The translations under genes were made by a program, and so were the position numbers. From Macrostomum lignano (taxonomy: Eukaryota), in assembly GCA_002269645.1 (NCBI GenBank), contig NIVC01000707.1, forward strand, positions 124,001 to 188,000: 64,000 bases of DNA, given 5' to 3'. Shown here in pieces: positions 38,651 through 48,972 of the stretch; position 1 is the first letter of the stretch, and the number at the start of each line of letters is the position of its first letter. The notes beneath the pieces were generated by a model. It was given only the letters and a program-made list of their open reading frames with translations, searched no databases and had not been told where the DNA came from.

Positions 38651-39178
38651 TCACTCACTCAGCTGGTGTCCCGGCCTGGCCTTCCTGGATCCAACATGCA
38701 GCTCACAGAAATGGGGGCTGTTGTTAAAATCGCAAACGCAGGTGCCCTCCATCAGCTGCCTTTTCAGATAGGCCTTGCTGTGCTCTGGCGTGTTCTGAGC
38801 AGCCGAGAGCCGCTGGCAGCGGCCTCCGGTTGTGTCTGGCGACTGCCCGAGTGGGCAGGGGTTGGGCGGGTCGCACTGCCTCAGGCACGATCGGTTCCTG
38901 GCTCCAGCGGGCAACGGCGGCAGCGTCACGGCCGAGTTCATCGGCCGCGGCTCCGCGGGCTTCCCAAGGCTCGCCAGCTGCTGCCACAGCCGGTCGGTGG
39001 CCGCGGCCTGAGCCTCCTTGGACAGCGCAGCTTCAGTCCAGTTGGCCACCTGCACCAGCCGGCGGAACTGAGCCTGCAGACGGTCCAGGAGGTCCTCTTG
39101 ATAGGCGGGCCGGCCGCGCAGCGACTGCGGCAGCAGCAGCAGCAAAATTAGCAGCGAGGTTCTCTTCAACAGCGGCAT
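38651..39178 (-). CDS. Secreted Cys-rich protein of unknown family (175 aa; possible extra 3' exon 38216-38256)
   Basis: N-terminal signal peptide MPLLKRTSLLILLLLLPQSLRG; helical pro-region; 7 Cys in the C-terminal third. Donor A/GTGAGT near the ORF end could splice in phase to TTTTCAG/AC...NSTSSACGGVFVA*, supplying an 8th Cys. Confidence 0.7.
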   Translation of the reverse strand: MPLLKRTSLLILLLLLPQSLRGRPAYQEDLLDRLQAQFRRLVQVANWTEAALSKEAQAAATDRLWQQLASLGKPAEPRPMNSAVTLPPLPAGARNRSCLRQCDPPNPCPLGQSPDTTGGRCQRLSAAQNTPEHSKAYLKRQLMEGTCVCDFNNSPHFCELHVGSRKARPGHQLSE

Positions 39179-39831
39179 GGCTGGCTGGTTGGCTTCCGCT
39201 TCTTCTGCTCTCTCGGCGGATTAACACTCGGGCAAATTAAAGGGAAATTTTGCTACAATTTTGCTTTTGGTCCCCCGTGCCAGCAGGGCGCAGAGAAATT
39301 CGATCAATGAACTCGAGCGGGACAGAAGCGTTTTCGAAAAATATTCTAGAAGCAATCGCTGACTGAATTGGAATTCTGTGTTGCTGCAGTTTGAAGTTCA
39401 AATAATTGCGACTTTCTGGCTTCAGTAAGCTCTTGCTCTGGATTTGCTTTTTGTCAGGAGCGGCAGCAGCTCAGCCTGAATCTCGCGCCAGAGTGCCCGG
39501 GTTCGATTCCGTGCGCGGGCCTGCCCATGAGGGCCAACCCGCAAGGCACTGAGACTGTACATGCCTGACGGTTAAAAATTTCTGGGTCGCTGTACACCCT
39601 GTGTGAGCGGGTGTGCTCAGAGGCAGCGGGATGGGCCTGACTGATGGATGCCGGTGGACTGTCGACGTGACCTGCGGCAGCGCCCACAGCCCCCTGCAAT
39701 CGTACTAAAACTAAGCTGTTTGGTTTCAGACGATGTGAAGAAATAAACTAAATTACGAAATTGGAGGTGGTGGCCAGGGAAACGGATTCTAGAAGTCCTT
39801 GCTTGGCCAGCGCACGCTCGGGAAACTCTAC

Positions 39832-39960
39832 AGTGTACTCCTTCTGTGTACTTTTAAACAGTGTACTTTTTAACAGTGTACTTTTGAACAGTGTACTTTT
39901 GAACAGTGCACTTTTGAACTGTGCACTTTTGAACTGTGCACTTTTGAACTGTGTACTTTT
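39832..39960. repeat. 15-bp minisatellite (CAGTGTACTTTTGAA)
   Basis: About 8 units. Confidence 0.9.
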
Positions 39961-39999
39961 GTTTTTGTATTGCGTCATAACCAATCAGTCCTGAAGACT

Positions 40000-40027
40000 T
40001 CATCGTTGCAGCAGCCGGCTTGCTGAT

Positions 40028-40076
<49 letters not shown>

Positions 40077-41431
40077 CTCCAGCCGCAGGTCGACGGACAC
40101 CCGAGCCCGCAGCTCCTCGAGCAGTCGGCGTCGCCGATCCTCCCGTAGCCTCGTCGCCATCGCCGTCAGCCTCTCGCCGGGCGTCGCCGCCGTCGCCGTC
40201 GTCGTCAGCAGCAGTCGGGAGCAGCTTGCGGAGCAGGCGGTGCGCGGTGAACACCAGCGGGCTGGCGAGGTTGTAGGGCACGGGCAGCGGCAGCAGCTGG
40301 TGGCGGTGCAACAGGGCGAAGCGGATCATCCGCCTGCTGCGGGCCCTCAGCCAGCTGTTTTCCTTGTCGGCCTGGACGCGCTGGAAGCTCGCCGACACCA
40401 TGGTGATCAACAGTTTGACGCCGACCACGAAGCCGAGGATCATCCAGCTGGCGTAGAGGATCGAACCTTTGGCGGCGCGGTGGGAGAGGGGCGGCGGTTC
40501 ACTCGAATTTGCTGGACTTTGATCCCGAATGCGGCGCTACAATGCGGCGCTGGAGGCATTTAAGCCAGCACCCTGAAGCCAGCACCCTGAAGCCAGCACC
40601 CTGAAGCCATCACCCTGAAGCCAGCATCCTGAAGCCATCACCCTGAAGCCATCACCCTGAAGCCATCACCCTGAAGCCATCACCCTGAAGCCATCACCCT
40701 GAAGACATCAACCTGAAGCCATCACCCTGAAGACATCAACCTGAAGCCATCACCCTGAAGACATCAACCTGAAGCCATCACCCTGAAGATATCACCCTGA
40801 CGCCATCACCCTGAAGCCATCACCCTGAAGCCATCACCCTGAAGCCATCAACCTGAAGCCATCAACCTGAAGCCATCACCCTGAAGACATCACCCTGAAG
40901 ATATCACCCTGAAGCCATCACCCTGAAGATATCACCCTGACGCCAGCACCCTGAAGCCATCACCCTGAAGCCATCACCCTGAAGCCATCAACCTGAAGCC
41001 ATCAACCTGAAGACATCAACCTGAAGCCATCACCCTGAAGCCATCACCCTAAGGCCAGAACCTCAGAAACCGGGCCGAACCTCACCCATGAAGGTTGTGA
41101 ACCGCGCAGTGTGTGGGCAGCGGGCTGAAATACTGATCCCAGGTGGCGGAGGTGCCAGTCAGGCTGTAGTCCTGAGGGGTTGTCATGTCGAACATCGCCC
41201 AGAAGAAGGTCACAGCAATAGACGTGAAGGTGTTGCCGAAGACGCTGCTGCCGTACTGGAAGTTCCGGTACAGGTTGGTCATGGCGGTGGTGTAGGCGAT
41301 GTTCACCGTGATCAGCACGGACAGGAACTTGGCCGCGTTCTTCATCATGCTCTGCACCGTGATGGCCAGCACCCCCATGGTCTTCTGCCACACGAACACG
41401 TTGCCCAGGGAGACGAACAGGAACAGATTGC
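40000..41431 (-). CDS. TRP cation channel (TRPC-like) 3' part: S4/S5, pore, S6, TRP domain; exons ~41086-41431 and ~40000-40520
   Basis: MGVLAITVQSMMKNAAKFL (S4-S5 linker), FTSIAVTFFWAMF (pore helix), LLITMVSASFQRV (S6), SWLRARSR (cf. EWKFAR), LPLPVPYNL (cf. LPPPFN). No N-terminal exons found, and the exact acceptor and C-terminal frame are uncertain. Confidence 0.75.
40563..41050. repeat. 14-bp minisatellite (AAGCCATCACCCTG) in TRP intron
   Basis: About 35 units between the two TRP exons. Confidence 0.95.
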
Positions 41432-41459
41432 CTGCGGTCGGGGCCGCGCGAGTGCTGTA

Positions 41460-41860
41460 GTCTGGTCCTCATTCTCTCAACTGGTCCTCATTCTCTCAAC
41501 TGGTCCTCATTCTCTCAACTGGTCCTCATTCTCTCAACTGGTCCTCATTCTCTCAACTGGTCCTCATTCTCTCAACTGGTCCTCATTCTCTCAACTGGTC
41601 CTCATTCTCTCAACTGGTCCTCATTCTCTCAACTGGTCCTCATTCTCTCAACTGGTCCTCATTCTCTCAACTGGTCCTCATTCTCCCAACTGGTCCTCAT
41701 TCTCTCAACTGGTCCTTCGTTTTCTCAACTGGTCCTCATTCTCTCAACTGGTCCTCATTCTCTCAACTGGTCCTCATTCTCTCAACTGGTCCTCATTCTC
41801 TCAACTGGTCCTCATTCTCTCAACTGGTCCTCATTCTACACCCAACTGGTTCTCATTCTA
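41460..41860. repeat. 19-bp minisatellite (CTGGTCCTCATTCTCTCAA)
   Basis: About 21 units just upstream of the TRP exon acceptor. Confidence 0.95.
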
Positions 41861-41872
41861 TGCTCAAATGGT

Positions 41873-43490
41873 CTTGACTTAGCTGTAAGGTGGTCCGTAG
41901 ACACAGCGGGGAGGCGAGGGTCGCCCATTCTGCTAGCCCCTGAAGGCCCACAGACAGACAGAGGCGTGGGGCCGGTCATGGTGGTCCGCCGGTCAGGGTG
42001 GTCCGCCGGTCAGGGTGGTCCGCCGGTCAGGGTGGTCCGCCGGTCAGGGTGGTCCGCCGGTCAGGGTGGTCCGCCGGTCAGGGTGGTCCGCCGGTCAGGG
42101 TGGTCCGCCGGTCAGGGTGGTCCGCCGGTCAGGGTGGTCCGCCGGTCAGGGTGGTCCGCCGGTCCGTTCTGCAGCGTGATCTTCCGTTGGGAAGAAACTG
42201 GCTCGTCTAGTCGCCCGAAGGAACTGGATGAGCCGTGGGATGCTGTCAGGCTGGCAGACCTCGTCAATGGACGGGTTCGGCCCGAGGTAGCGTAGCCGGT
42301 CTCTGGTAAAGAAAGAGCAGTGACAGACAAAGTGCTGAGCATCTTCATTGTCGTACTCACAAAAAGGGCAAAGTTCACTCTCGAGGTCGCCTCGGAGGAG
42401 GCAGTGCTTAACGAGGTAGCCATGGCCGGTAAAGGTCATGACATGGGCTCGAATATCCTTCCGATTTTGGTTCAGAAGGACGTTTCTGAGCCTGCGAGAG
42501 GGTCAAGGAACCGCGGCACGAGATTGCCGGTAGTTTTGGGTGCCCGCCCCTCTGTCCCTGTGGAGAGAGTCAGTCCAGTCATCGATCTGACGATTGATGA
42601 CTGTCAAGGGCATAGGGACCAAGTGGGCAGGGCCAAAGAAAGAGCCAGAGCGCCGCCCCTCTTGGAGAAGGTGTCGGCCAGCTCGTTCCCCGGAAACCCT
42701 GCGTGCCCTGGGATCCACTTCAGCCTGACAGTATTGCTACTGGCCATGAGGTTGAGCTGCCGGACGCAGTCGGCGACTGTCCGGGAGTTCGTTGTGGTGT
42801 GGCAAAGGGCCTGTAAGGCCGCTTGGCTATCGGAGTGGATGACGATAGTCTCTCCTCTCGTACCCTTGGCGTTCAGCTCTGCAGCGCAGGAGCTGATGGC
42901 AAGGACTTTGTTCAGAAAGACCGAGGAGAGTCTGCCAGTGTTCTGGGCAAGCGTGGCAATGACGCGGCCGTTGATGATGATGCAGACCCCAAAGCCGGCG
43001 CGGCCGTCTTTGATGGATCCGTCCGTGTAGCAATGGACCTCCTGGAAATTCCAGTGGTCAGTGGCAGCATCCCTAGAGGGGATGGAGACCTTGTAGCGCT
43101 GAAAGAGGTTGAGAGTGCGGGGTTCACCGTCAGATAAGACGTGGAGTGGAGCCCGCCGCTGTCTCTCAAGTCTTTGAGGCAGAGGTCGGCGTGAGGCAGG
43201 AGCTTGTGCTTAGTCATGGCCCTGTGGGGCCATGGCTAAGCACAAGCTCGAATACGAATGCCAGCGTCAATTAGACGGCGGGCAGTCTTTGCCGCTTCCC
43301 TGGGGACAAAGATGTCCAGCGGGGGAATGTTGAGGAAGGCGTTGAGACCATCGTGAGGAGCAGACGGGGGGCGCTCATGATCATGCGACATGTACGCCTG
43401 ATGCGCTCTCCTGAGAGCCTCTAGGCAGGTCTTCATCTGCTGGGCGCGTGTCGTCGTATGTCGTCGTGGATCCACTTGACTTTTTCGAGT
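41873..43490 (-). mobile_element. 5'-truncated, degenerate RNase H-containing LINE (R1/LOA/Tad1-like), copy A
   Basis: Minus strand reads HCYTDGS...AGFGV...IHSDSQAAL...KWIPGHAGFPGNELAD (non-LTR RNase H; the conserved Glu position reads K). It continues TGHG...H...CPFC...EDAQHFVCHC (C-terminal Cys/His), then a 3'UTR ending in TAAGTCAAG. Confidence 0.9.
41971..42163. repeat. 17-bp minisatellite derived from the LINE ORF2 stop-codon region, ~11 units
   Basis: Unit GGTGGTCCGCCGGTCAG; on the minus strand this is ACCGGCGGACCACCCTG(A), encoding TGGPP-stop. Confidence 0.93.
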
Positions 43491-43507
43491 CCAGCTAGAA
43501 CTCCCAG

Positions 43508-44078
43508 CTAGATGCCTTCACCCTCGAGCTGACGACAGGTTTCTAACATATATCGCAGGAAGACGATGGTGTTCTTCTTGTCTAGGTGGTCCTGAATGTT
43601 CTTTGCCAGATCCTTGGCTGTGTCTCCCCGCGCAATGTTGTTGTCCTCAACTAATGTGGGGATGTACTCGCCTGCAGAGTAGAGTAGAATCTCCTGGGCC
43701 TGGCTCTCGTCCTTGATTCCGGCTGCTACGACATAGCTCTCGAACCGCCGGGTCCAGGTCTTCCATCGTTGAGCGACTGCATGAGGCTCGCCTTCTGCCT
43801 CGAACGCACTGGGAGGCAGTAGTGCTATGGCTTGCGACGCCATATAAGAGTTCAAGTATGATTTGGCAGAAAAGGCTCAGAGCCCCTACACAGGCGATGT
43901 GATTATATTTATTTAGAATATGGAATATTTGACTGTCGCCGATATTGAGCATTGAGCAATGTACATTAAATATGAGCTAGAGTAGCGATCAGGCTATGTA
44001 CGCTGAGTCATGCGCGGGGGTGGAGAATGGGGGGGCGGTCGCCAACTAATTAAATAAAGTATATGAAAGTGCATCACA
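43508..44078 (-). mobile_element. Gypsy (Mag-like) 5' LTR (~43843-44078) plus truncated gag
   Basis: Minus strand TGTGATG...AATAAA...TTATA followed by TGGCG (PBS-like). Gag motifs AFEAEGE...WKTWTRRFESYVVAAG...LLYSAG...NTIVFLRY...RQLEGE. Confidence 0.78.
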
Positions 44079-44850
44079 CTGTCCACCTCTCACCCTGACA
44101 CTCTCATATTGATTCTCTGACTCTCTGTCCACCTCTCACCCTGACACTCTCATATTGATTCTCTGACTCTCCTGTCCACCTCTCACCCTGACACTCTCAT
44201 ATTGATTCTCTGACTCTCCTGTCCACCTCTCACCCTGACACTCTCATATTGATTCTCTGACTCTCCTGTCCACCTCTCACCCTGACACTCTCATATTGAT
44301 TCTCTGACTCTCCTGTCCACCTCTCACCCTGACACTCTCATATTGATTCTCTGACTCTCCTGTCCACCTCTCACCCTGACACTCTCATATTGATTCTCTG
44401 ACTCTCCTGTCCACCTCTCACCCTGACACTCTCATATTGATTCTCTGACTCTCCTGTCCACCTCTCACCCTGAAACTCTCATATTGATTCTCTGACTCTC
44501 CTGTCCACCTCTCACCCTGACACTCTCATATTGATTCTCTGACTCTCCTGTCTACCTCTCACCCTGACACTCTCATATTGATTCTCTGACTCTCCTGTCT
44601 ACCTCTCACCCTGACACTCTCATATTGATTCTCTGACTCTCCTGTCTACCTCTCACCCTGAAACTCTCATATTGATTCTCTGACTCTCCTGTCCACCTCT
44701 CACCCTGACACTCTCATATTGATTCTCTGACTCTCCTGTCCACCTCTCACCCTGACACTCTCATATTGATTCTCTGACTCTCCTGTCCACCTCTCACACT
44801 GACACTCTCATAATTCTCTGACTCTCCTGTCCACCTCTCATCCTGACACC
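44079..44850. repeat. 47-bp minisatellite, ~16 units
   Basis: Unit CTGTCCACCTCTCACCCTGACACTCTCATATTGATTCTCTGACTCTC, directly abutting the LTR. Confidence 0.96.
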
Positions 44851-45061
44851 CTTAAGGTCACTCTGCACTGCTTCAACCGTCAATCCTACTACGAAGTCCC
44901 AAGGACTACTACATCTACTTAAGTTGTCCTTGCGAAGTCCTTGGAAATTTCTTTAAATAAAAGTAGCAAGCTGAGCTGACACTGCGCAGTAGTATGTTTA
45001 GCGCATGATTCAAACTGTCAAAGGCCATCCAATCCCAGCCGAGCTGATCTGCTGCAGTCCC

Positions 45062-45068
45062 TATAAAA
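45062..45068 (+). promoter_or_regulatory. TATA box of the neuropeptide gene
   Basis: TATAAAA about 120 bp upstream of ATG 45187; AATAAA at 45635-45640 downstream of the stop. Confidence 0.6.
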
Positions 45069-45186
45069 CCGGAACTGCAGCTGCAGTCGCTCGCGCATCG
45101 CCCGACAGCTCTGGAGGTCGCCAATCCGCGAACAGCCAGCAGCAGGGGATTTCAACAAGCTGATCTTCGAGACCCTTCTGAACCGG

Positions 45187-45483
45187 ATGATGCTTCAGTC
45201 AGCGGACAGGATTCGGCTGGCGTCGCTGCTCCTGGCCGCGACGCTGGCGATGACGGCGGCGGCCACGGAGACTCCCAAAGAGGGCGGGCCGCCGCGTCGG
45301 CTGGTGTCGAAGCGGCCGCTCCGCCTGATCTCCTCGCAGCTGTCCTACCAGCCGCTGAGGCAGCAGCTGCTCCAACAGCTGAACAGGCAGCGCCTCTTCA
45401 ACGGCTGGCTGATGAACGTCGTCGGCAATCGCAGGGGCGATCGCGGCGGCGGCAGCGTCCGGAGCGTCATGCGGTTCGGCTGA
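45187..45483 (+). CDS. RFamide neuropeptide precursor (98 aa, intronless)
   Basis: Signal peptide (LASLLLAATLAMTAAA); KR and RR cleavage sites; C-terminal ...SVRSVMRF-G-stop amidation signal; GC3-rich codons; TATA and poly(A) signals. Confidence 0.85.
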   Translation: MMLQSADRIRLASLLLAATLAMTAAATETPKEGGPPRRLVSKRPLRLISSQLSYQPLRQQLLQQLNRQRLFNGWLMNVVGNRRGDRGGGSVRSVMRFG

Positions 45484-45864
45484 CCGGTTCGGCATGGAGC
45501 AACAGCTGTGACTCTTGGCTAGCCGCTGAGCACATCGTTGAGCACACTGACTGCTGGCCCAACAACCTCCCCGAGCCCCACTCATCGACCCTGCTCCCAA
45601 ACCAATGCGATTTTGAACTCTCTTCAAAAAAATCAATAAATAAATGAGTCACCACCGATCTACCGCATCAAAAGTGCCCAAAACCTGCCGTCTGCTTAAG
45701 AGGACTGGGCTTTTCTGTTGCGACTCAAAACTGCTTCGAGTTTTAGTTCGCTTTTAGTGCAAATCATTTTTAGTATATAGGACTAGCAATCAGGCCCCCC
45801 GTTGGGGAGGCAAAAAAGAATCGAAAAAATTATTGACTAAACTATACATGTAGCTTCTGACCTC

Positions 45865-46495
45865 TTAGCCTGGACATCTCAGCAATTCCCTTAGCAAGCC
45901 TGGACATCTCAGCAATTCCCTTAGCAAGCCTGGACATCTCAGCAATTCCCTCAGCAATTCCCTCAGCAAGCCTGGACATCTCAGCAATTCCCTCAGCAAG
46001 CCTGGACATCTCAGCAATTCCCTCAGCAAGCCTGGACATCTCAGCAATTCCCTCAGCAATTCCCTCAGCAAGCCTGGACATCTCAGCAATTCCCTCAGCA
46101 AGCCTGGACATCTCAGCAATTCCCTCAGCAAGCCTGGACATCTCAGCAATTCCCTCAGCAATTCCCTCAGCAAGCCTGGACATCTCAGCAATTCCCTCAG
46201 CAAGCCTGGACATCTCAGCAATTCCCTCAGCAAGCCTGGACATCTCAGCAATTCCCTCAGCAAGCCTGGACATCTCAGCAATTCCCTCAGCAAGCCTGGA
46301 CATCTCAGCAATTCCCTCAGCAAGCCTGGACATCTCAGCAATTCCCTCAGCAAGCCTGGACATCTCAGCAATTCCCTCAGCAAGCCTAGACATCTCAGCA
46401 ATTCCCTCAGCAAGCCTGGACATCTCAGCAATTCCCTCAGCAAGCCTGGACATCTCAGCAATTCCCTCAGCAAGCCTGGACATCTCAGCAATTTC
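45865..46495. repeat. 30-bp minisatellite with occasional 12-bp internal duplication, ~21 units
   Basis: Unit CCTGGACATCTCAGCAATTCCCTCAGCAAG. Confidence 0.96.
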
Positions 46496-46828
46496 CCCCG
46501 TCAGCACTCTCAAAATTCGAATGAGAGCACAGGAGTAACCCGATATGCATAATCCAGAAGCCAGACATAATAAATGCGATTAACACCGATCAGACTGATG
46601 AAGAAAGGAAAATTGGGCCCTCCCTCACCCACCTGTGAGGGCGTGGTAAAGGGTGGGGTCTTCCTATCAGATTTCTATGCAATTTCTGTGCAGTCAGCTC
46701 ACTTCTCTTTTCAAGGGTACATGTATCAATACGAATATTTTTTATTACAAACTCCAACTAAAATTGGTTTGTTGGTTGAAAATGTTTGCAAAATATAATA
46801 ATTCCTTAACGCAATCAATCTTATAATC

Positions 46829-48500
46829 AGACTGAGATGGTAGCTCAGGTAGACTGAGATGGTAGCTCAGGTAGACTGAGATGGTAGCTCAGGTAGACTA
46901 TGGTAGCTCAGATAGACTGAGATGGTAGCTCAGATAGACTGAGATGGTAGCTCAGGTAGACTGAGATGGTAGCTCAGGTAGACTGAGATGGTAGCTCAGG
47001 TAGACTGAGATGGTAGCTCAGGTAGACTGAGATGGTAGCTCAGGTAGACTGAGATGGTAGCTCAGGTAGACTGAGATGGTAGCTCAGATAGACTGAGATG
47101 GTAGCTCAGATAGACTGAGATGGTAGCTCAGGTAGACTGAGATGGTAGCTCAGGTAGACTGAGATGGTAGCTCAGGTAGACTGAGATGGTAGCTCTTCTT
47201 GACTTATACTTGACTTAGCTGCAGGGCTGTCCCGGGGGGACACAGCGGGAAGGCGCGGACGCCCATTCCGCTAATCCCTGAACGGCCGACGCATCGCTAT
47301 GGACGAAGGGTTGGCGCCGCTCAGGGAGGTCCCCCAGTGTCACCAGCAGCTATGATGCTCTCTGGAAAGGAGAGTTCAGCCCTGCGGGGTGGCCCGGAGG
47401 TAGCGCATGAGCTGATTAAAGTTTTCGGGTTTACACGCTTCGTAATAGATGTGTGTGGCCCGAGGTAAGTGAGTTTGGCTCTCATGAAGGCGGGACCGGG
47501 ACAGATGCTTACAAAATCCTCAGCAGTTTCGTCACCCGAGTAGCAAAAACTGTATTTGGCGTTGTTGGTGTTGCCCTGCAGGTATTGGTGACTGGAGAAG
47601 CAGCCGTGGCCTGAGAGGGTCATGGTGGCAGCCCGGATGTTTCTTCGTGAGAGGCGCAGGAGGAGCTTCTGGAGTTGGTGAGAGGGCTGAGGGACAGCGC
47701 CTCTGGATTGCCTGCAGGTAGTGCAGTTCACCCAGGCTAAGCGGTGCTGGGTCCTGATCCACGCCTTGATGCGCGAGTCGATGACACAGCCGGGAATCGG
47801 GACAATGGGTTGCCAATGGGATCTTCAGGAAGATTCCAACACCAAAGCCGGTGTTGACTAATTGCTTAGAAACATCGGTGTAGCAGTGGAGCGATCATCA
47901 GGGTTCCAGTGGTCATTGATGATATCGCGCGGGTCGATAGCTACGGAGTAGCGTTGTCTCAGGTCGAGCGTTGAGGCAATGCCATCGGTGAAGACGCGAT
48001 TGGCCTGGCACTCACTGAGAATGTTGAGGCACAGGTCGCTATGTGGAACAAGGTTCCGCTTAGCAGGTGCTCATGTAGAGGAATTTGACGCCGGCGTCTA
48101 TGCCGGCGTCTAGTATAGACGCCGCGTCGTTCTGGCCGCCTCACCCCTGACGTAGACTGAGATGGTAGCTCAGGTAGACTGAGATGGTAGCTCAGGTAGA
48201 CTGAGATGATAGCTCAGGTAGACTGAGATGGTAGCTCAGGTAGACTGAGATGGTAGCTCAGGTAGACTGAGATGGTAGCTCAGGTAGACTGAGATGGTAG
48301 CTCAGGTAGACTGAGATGATAGCTCAGGTAGACTGAGATGGTAGCTCAGGTAGACTGAGATGATAGCTCAGGTAGACTGAGATGGTAGCTCAGGTAGACT
48401 GAGATGATAGCTCAGGTAGACTGAGATGATAGCTCAGGTAGACTGAGATGATAGCTCAGGTAGACTGAGATGATAGCTCAGGTAGACTGAGATGGTAGCT
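46829..48500. repeat. 22-bp minisatellite (GACTGAGATGGTAGCTCAGGTA) split in two (46829-47195, ~48152-48500) by a LINE insertion
   Basis: The same unit lies on both sides of LINE copy B. Confidence 0.93.
47196..48150 (-). mobile_element. Degenerate RNase H-type LINE, copy B (internally deleted)
   Basis: HCYTDVSK...TGFGV, then W...QHRLAW...CRQSR...LSGHG...ETAEDF...C, ending TGGPP*. The 3'UTR and TAAGTCAAG tail are homologous to copy A. Confidence 0.82.
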
Positions 48501-48972
48501 CAAAAGCTGGTTCCCCATAAGCTGAATATGAGGAGTAGGACAGACAAGAAACAAAGACAACGGTGATTGACAGGTGACATACGATTTAACTCCTGGCCTA
48601 ATGGCCAACCAAAAACGTAGAGTTGGAAAACAAACTTAAATTTATATTTCTCAAAGTAACCTGAAAACAAGAAGCGCCAGCAAAAAAGTGTGAAAATGCG
48701 AACAGAAAAAACACATTTTAGTAAACTGCAGGGGGGCAAATGCTTCACAGTGAGATCTGAGGATAGGCTTGCCAACAGGCAATAAACAGGCGGCTGGGTA
48801 TTTAAATCTTATTTATAAGTGGATAGGGAAACAAAAAGTGTTTGTTGGAAAAAAACTTGACACTGGACTGGGAGACGAGTTAATTTGGAAAGTAGCTCGT
48901 AAAACAACAAGAAAAACAGAGGAACAAAACTGTCTTCTTCTTCTCAAAAGACCAGTCAAGAAGAGTTCCGTC

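Noticed and set aside
41873-41945. HDV-like ribozyme in the LINE 3'UTR (GAATGGG, CTAA motifs)
   Set aside because: I could not fit the nested P1/P2/P3/P1.1 pseudoknot on either strand; kept only as a conserved stem-loop.
44915-45124. Possible missing TRP S3 exon (WDWMAFDSLNHAL)
   Set aside because: Weak resemblance, no convincing splice sites or codon bias, and it overlaps the neuropeptide promoter in antisense.
46829-47195. Common origin of the 22-bp and 31/33-bp arrays via shared CAGGTAGA
   Set aside because: An 8-bp match among ~30 units is compatible with chance.
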